Shown piece after piece: positions 63,979-64,000 of a stretch of DNA of 64,000 nucleotides. The notes under the pieces were generated by a model. It ran no database searches, was not told where the DNA came from, and saw nothing but the letters and a program-made list of their open reading frames with translations. Location: IMG/VR virus record IMGVR_UViG_3300046517_001279; one strand, written 5' to 3'. A program made the translations under genes and the position numbers. The stretch's first letter is position 1, and the number at the start of each line of letters is the position of its first letter. Source of the DNA: an uncultured virus (IMG/VR IMGVR_UViG_3300046517_001279) (Duplodnaviria; Heunggongvirae; Uroviricota; Caudoviricetes).

Positions 63979-64000
63979 GTAGAGGCTCCATCGGCTCAGT

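Noticed and set aside
1..64000. Integrase/att sites, introns or inteins in polA, helicases and thyX
   Set aside because: No recombinase motifs; the genes are uninterrupted and show no intein C-terminal HN-C/S/T junctions.

Overview
The window is a GC-rich piece of a tailed (siphovirus-type) phage genome with two converging arms. The + strand (1-42298) starts with about 17 kb of accessory genes: a GntR HTH, a Phd/YefM-RelE toxin-antitoxin pair, an acyl carrier protein, a C5-MTase-like gene, a phosphoesterase, a dCMP-deaminase fusion and a MazG-like gene. A replication, recombination and nucleotide block follows: SNF2 helicase, AEP primase-helicase, PolA, Dda/RecD helicase, ligase, SbcCD-like pair, resolvase, dNMP kinase and ThyX. 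The - strand (42510-63978) carries lysis genes (Rz with embedded Rz1, holin-like gene, GH24 endolysin) and a lambda-like tail (spike, J, I, K, L, M, tape measure, frameshifted G/GT chaperones, tube, neck and head-tail genes). No capsid, terminase, integrase, canonical tRNA or CRISPR array was seen. A Burkholderiaceae host is plausible but only inferred. Best candidates for new biology: (1) a putative DNA base-exchange module (QueF-like T-fold protein, nucleoside deoxyribosyltransferase, and a TGT/DpdA-like barrel fused in frame to a DEDDh exonuclease) with no folE/queD/queE/queC in the window; (2) three densely base-paired intergenic segments of about 230-330 nt that look like structured RNAs, one with an SD-sequestering switch over a 52-aa hydrophobic peptide; (3) a promoter-driven phage ACP; (4) strong avoidance of several 6-bp palindromes. 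All calls come from motifs read by eye; no searches or folding programs were run.
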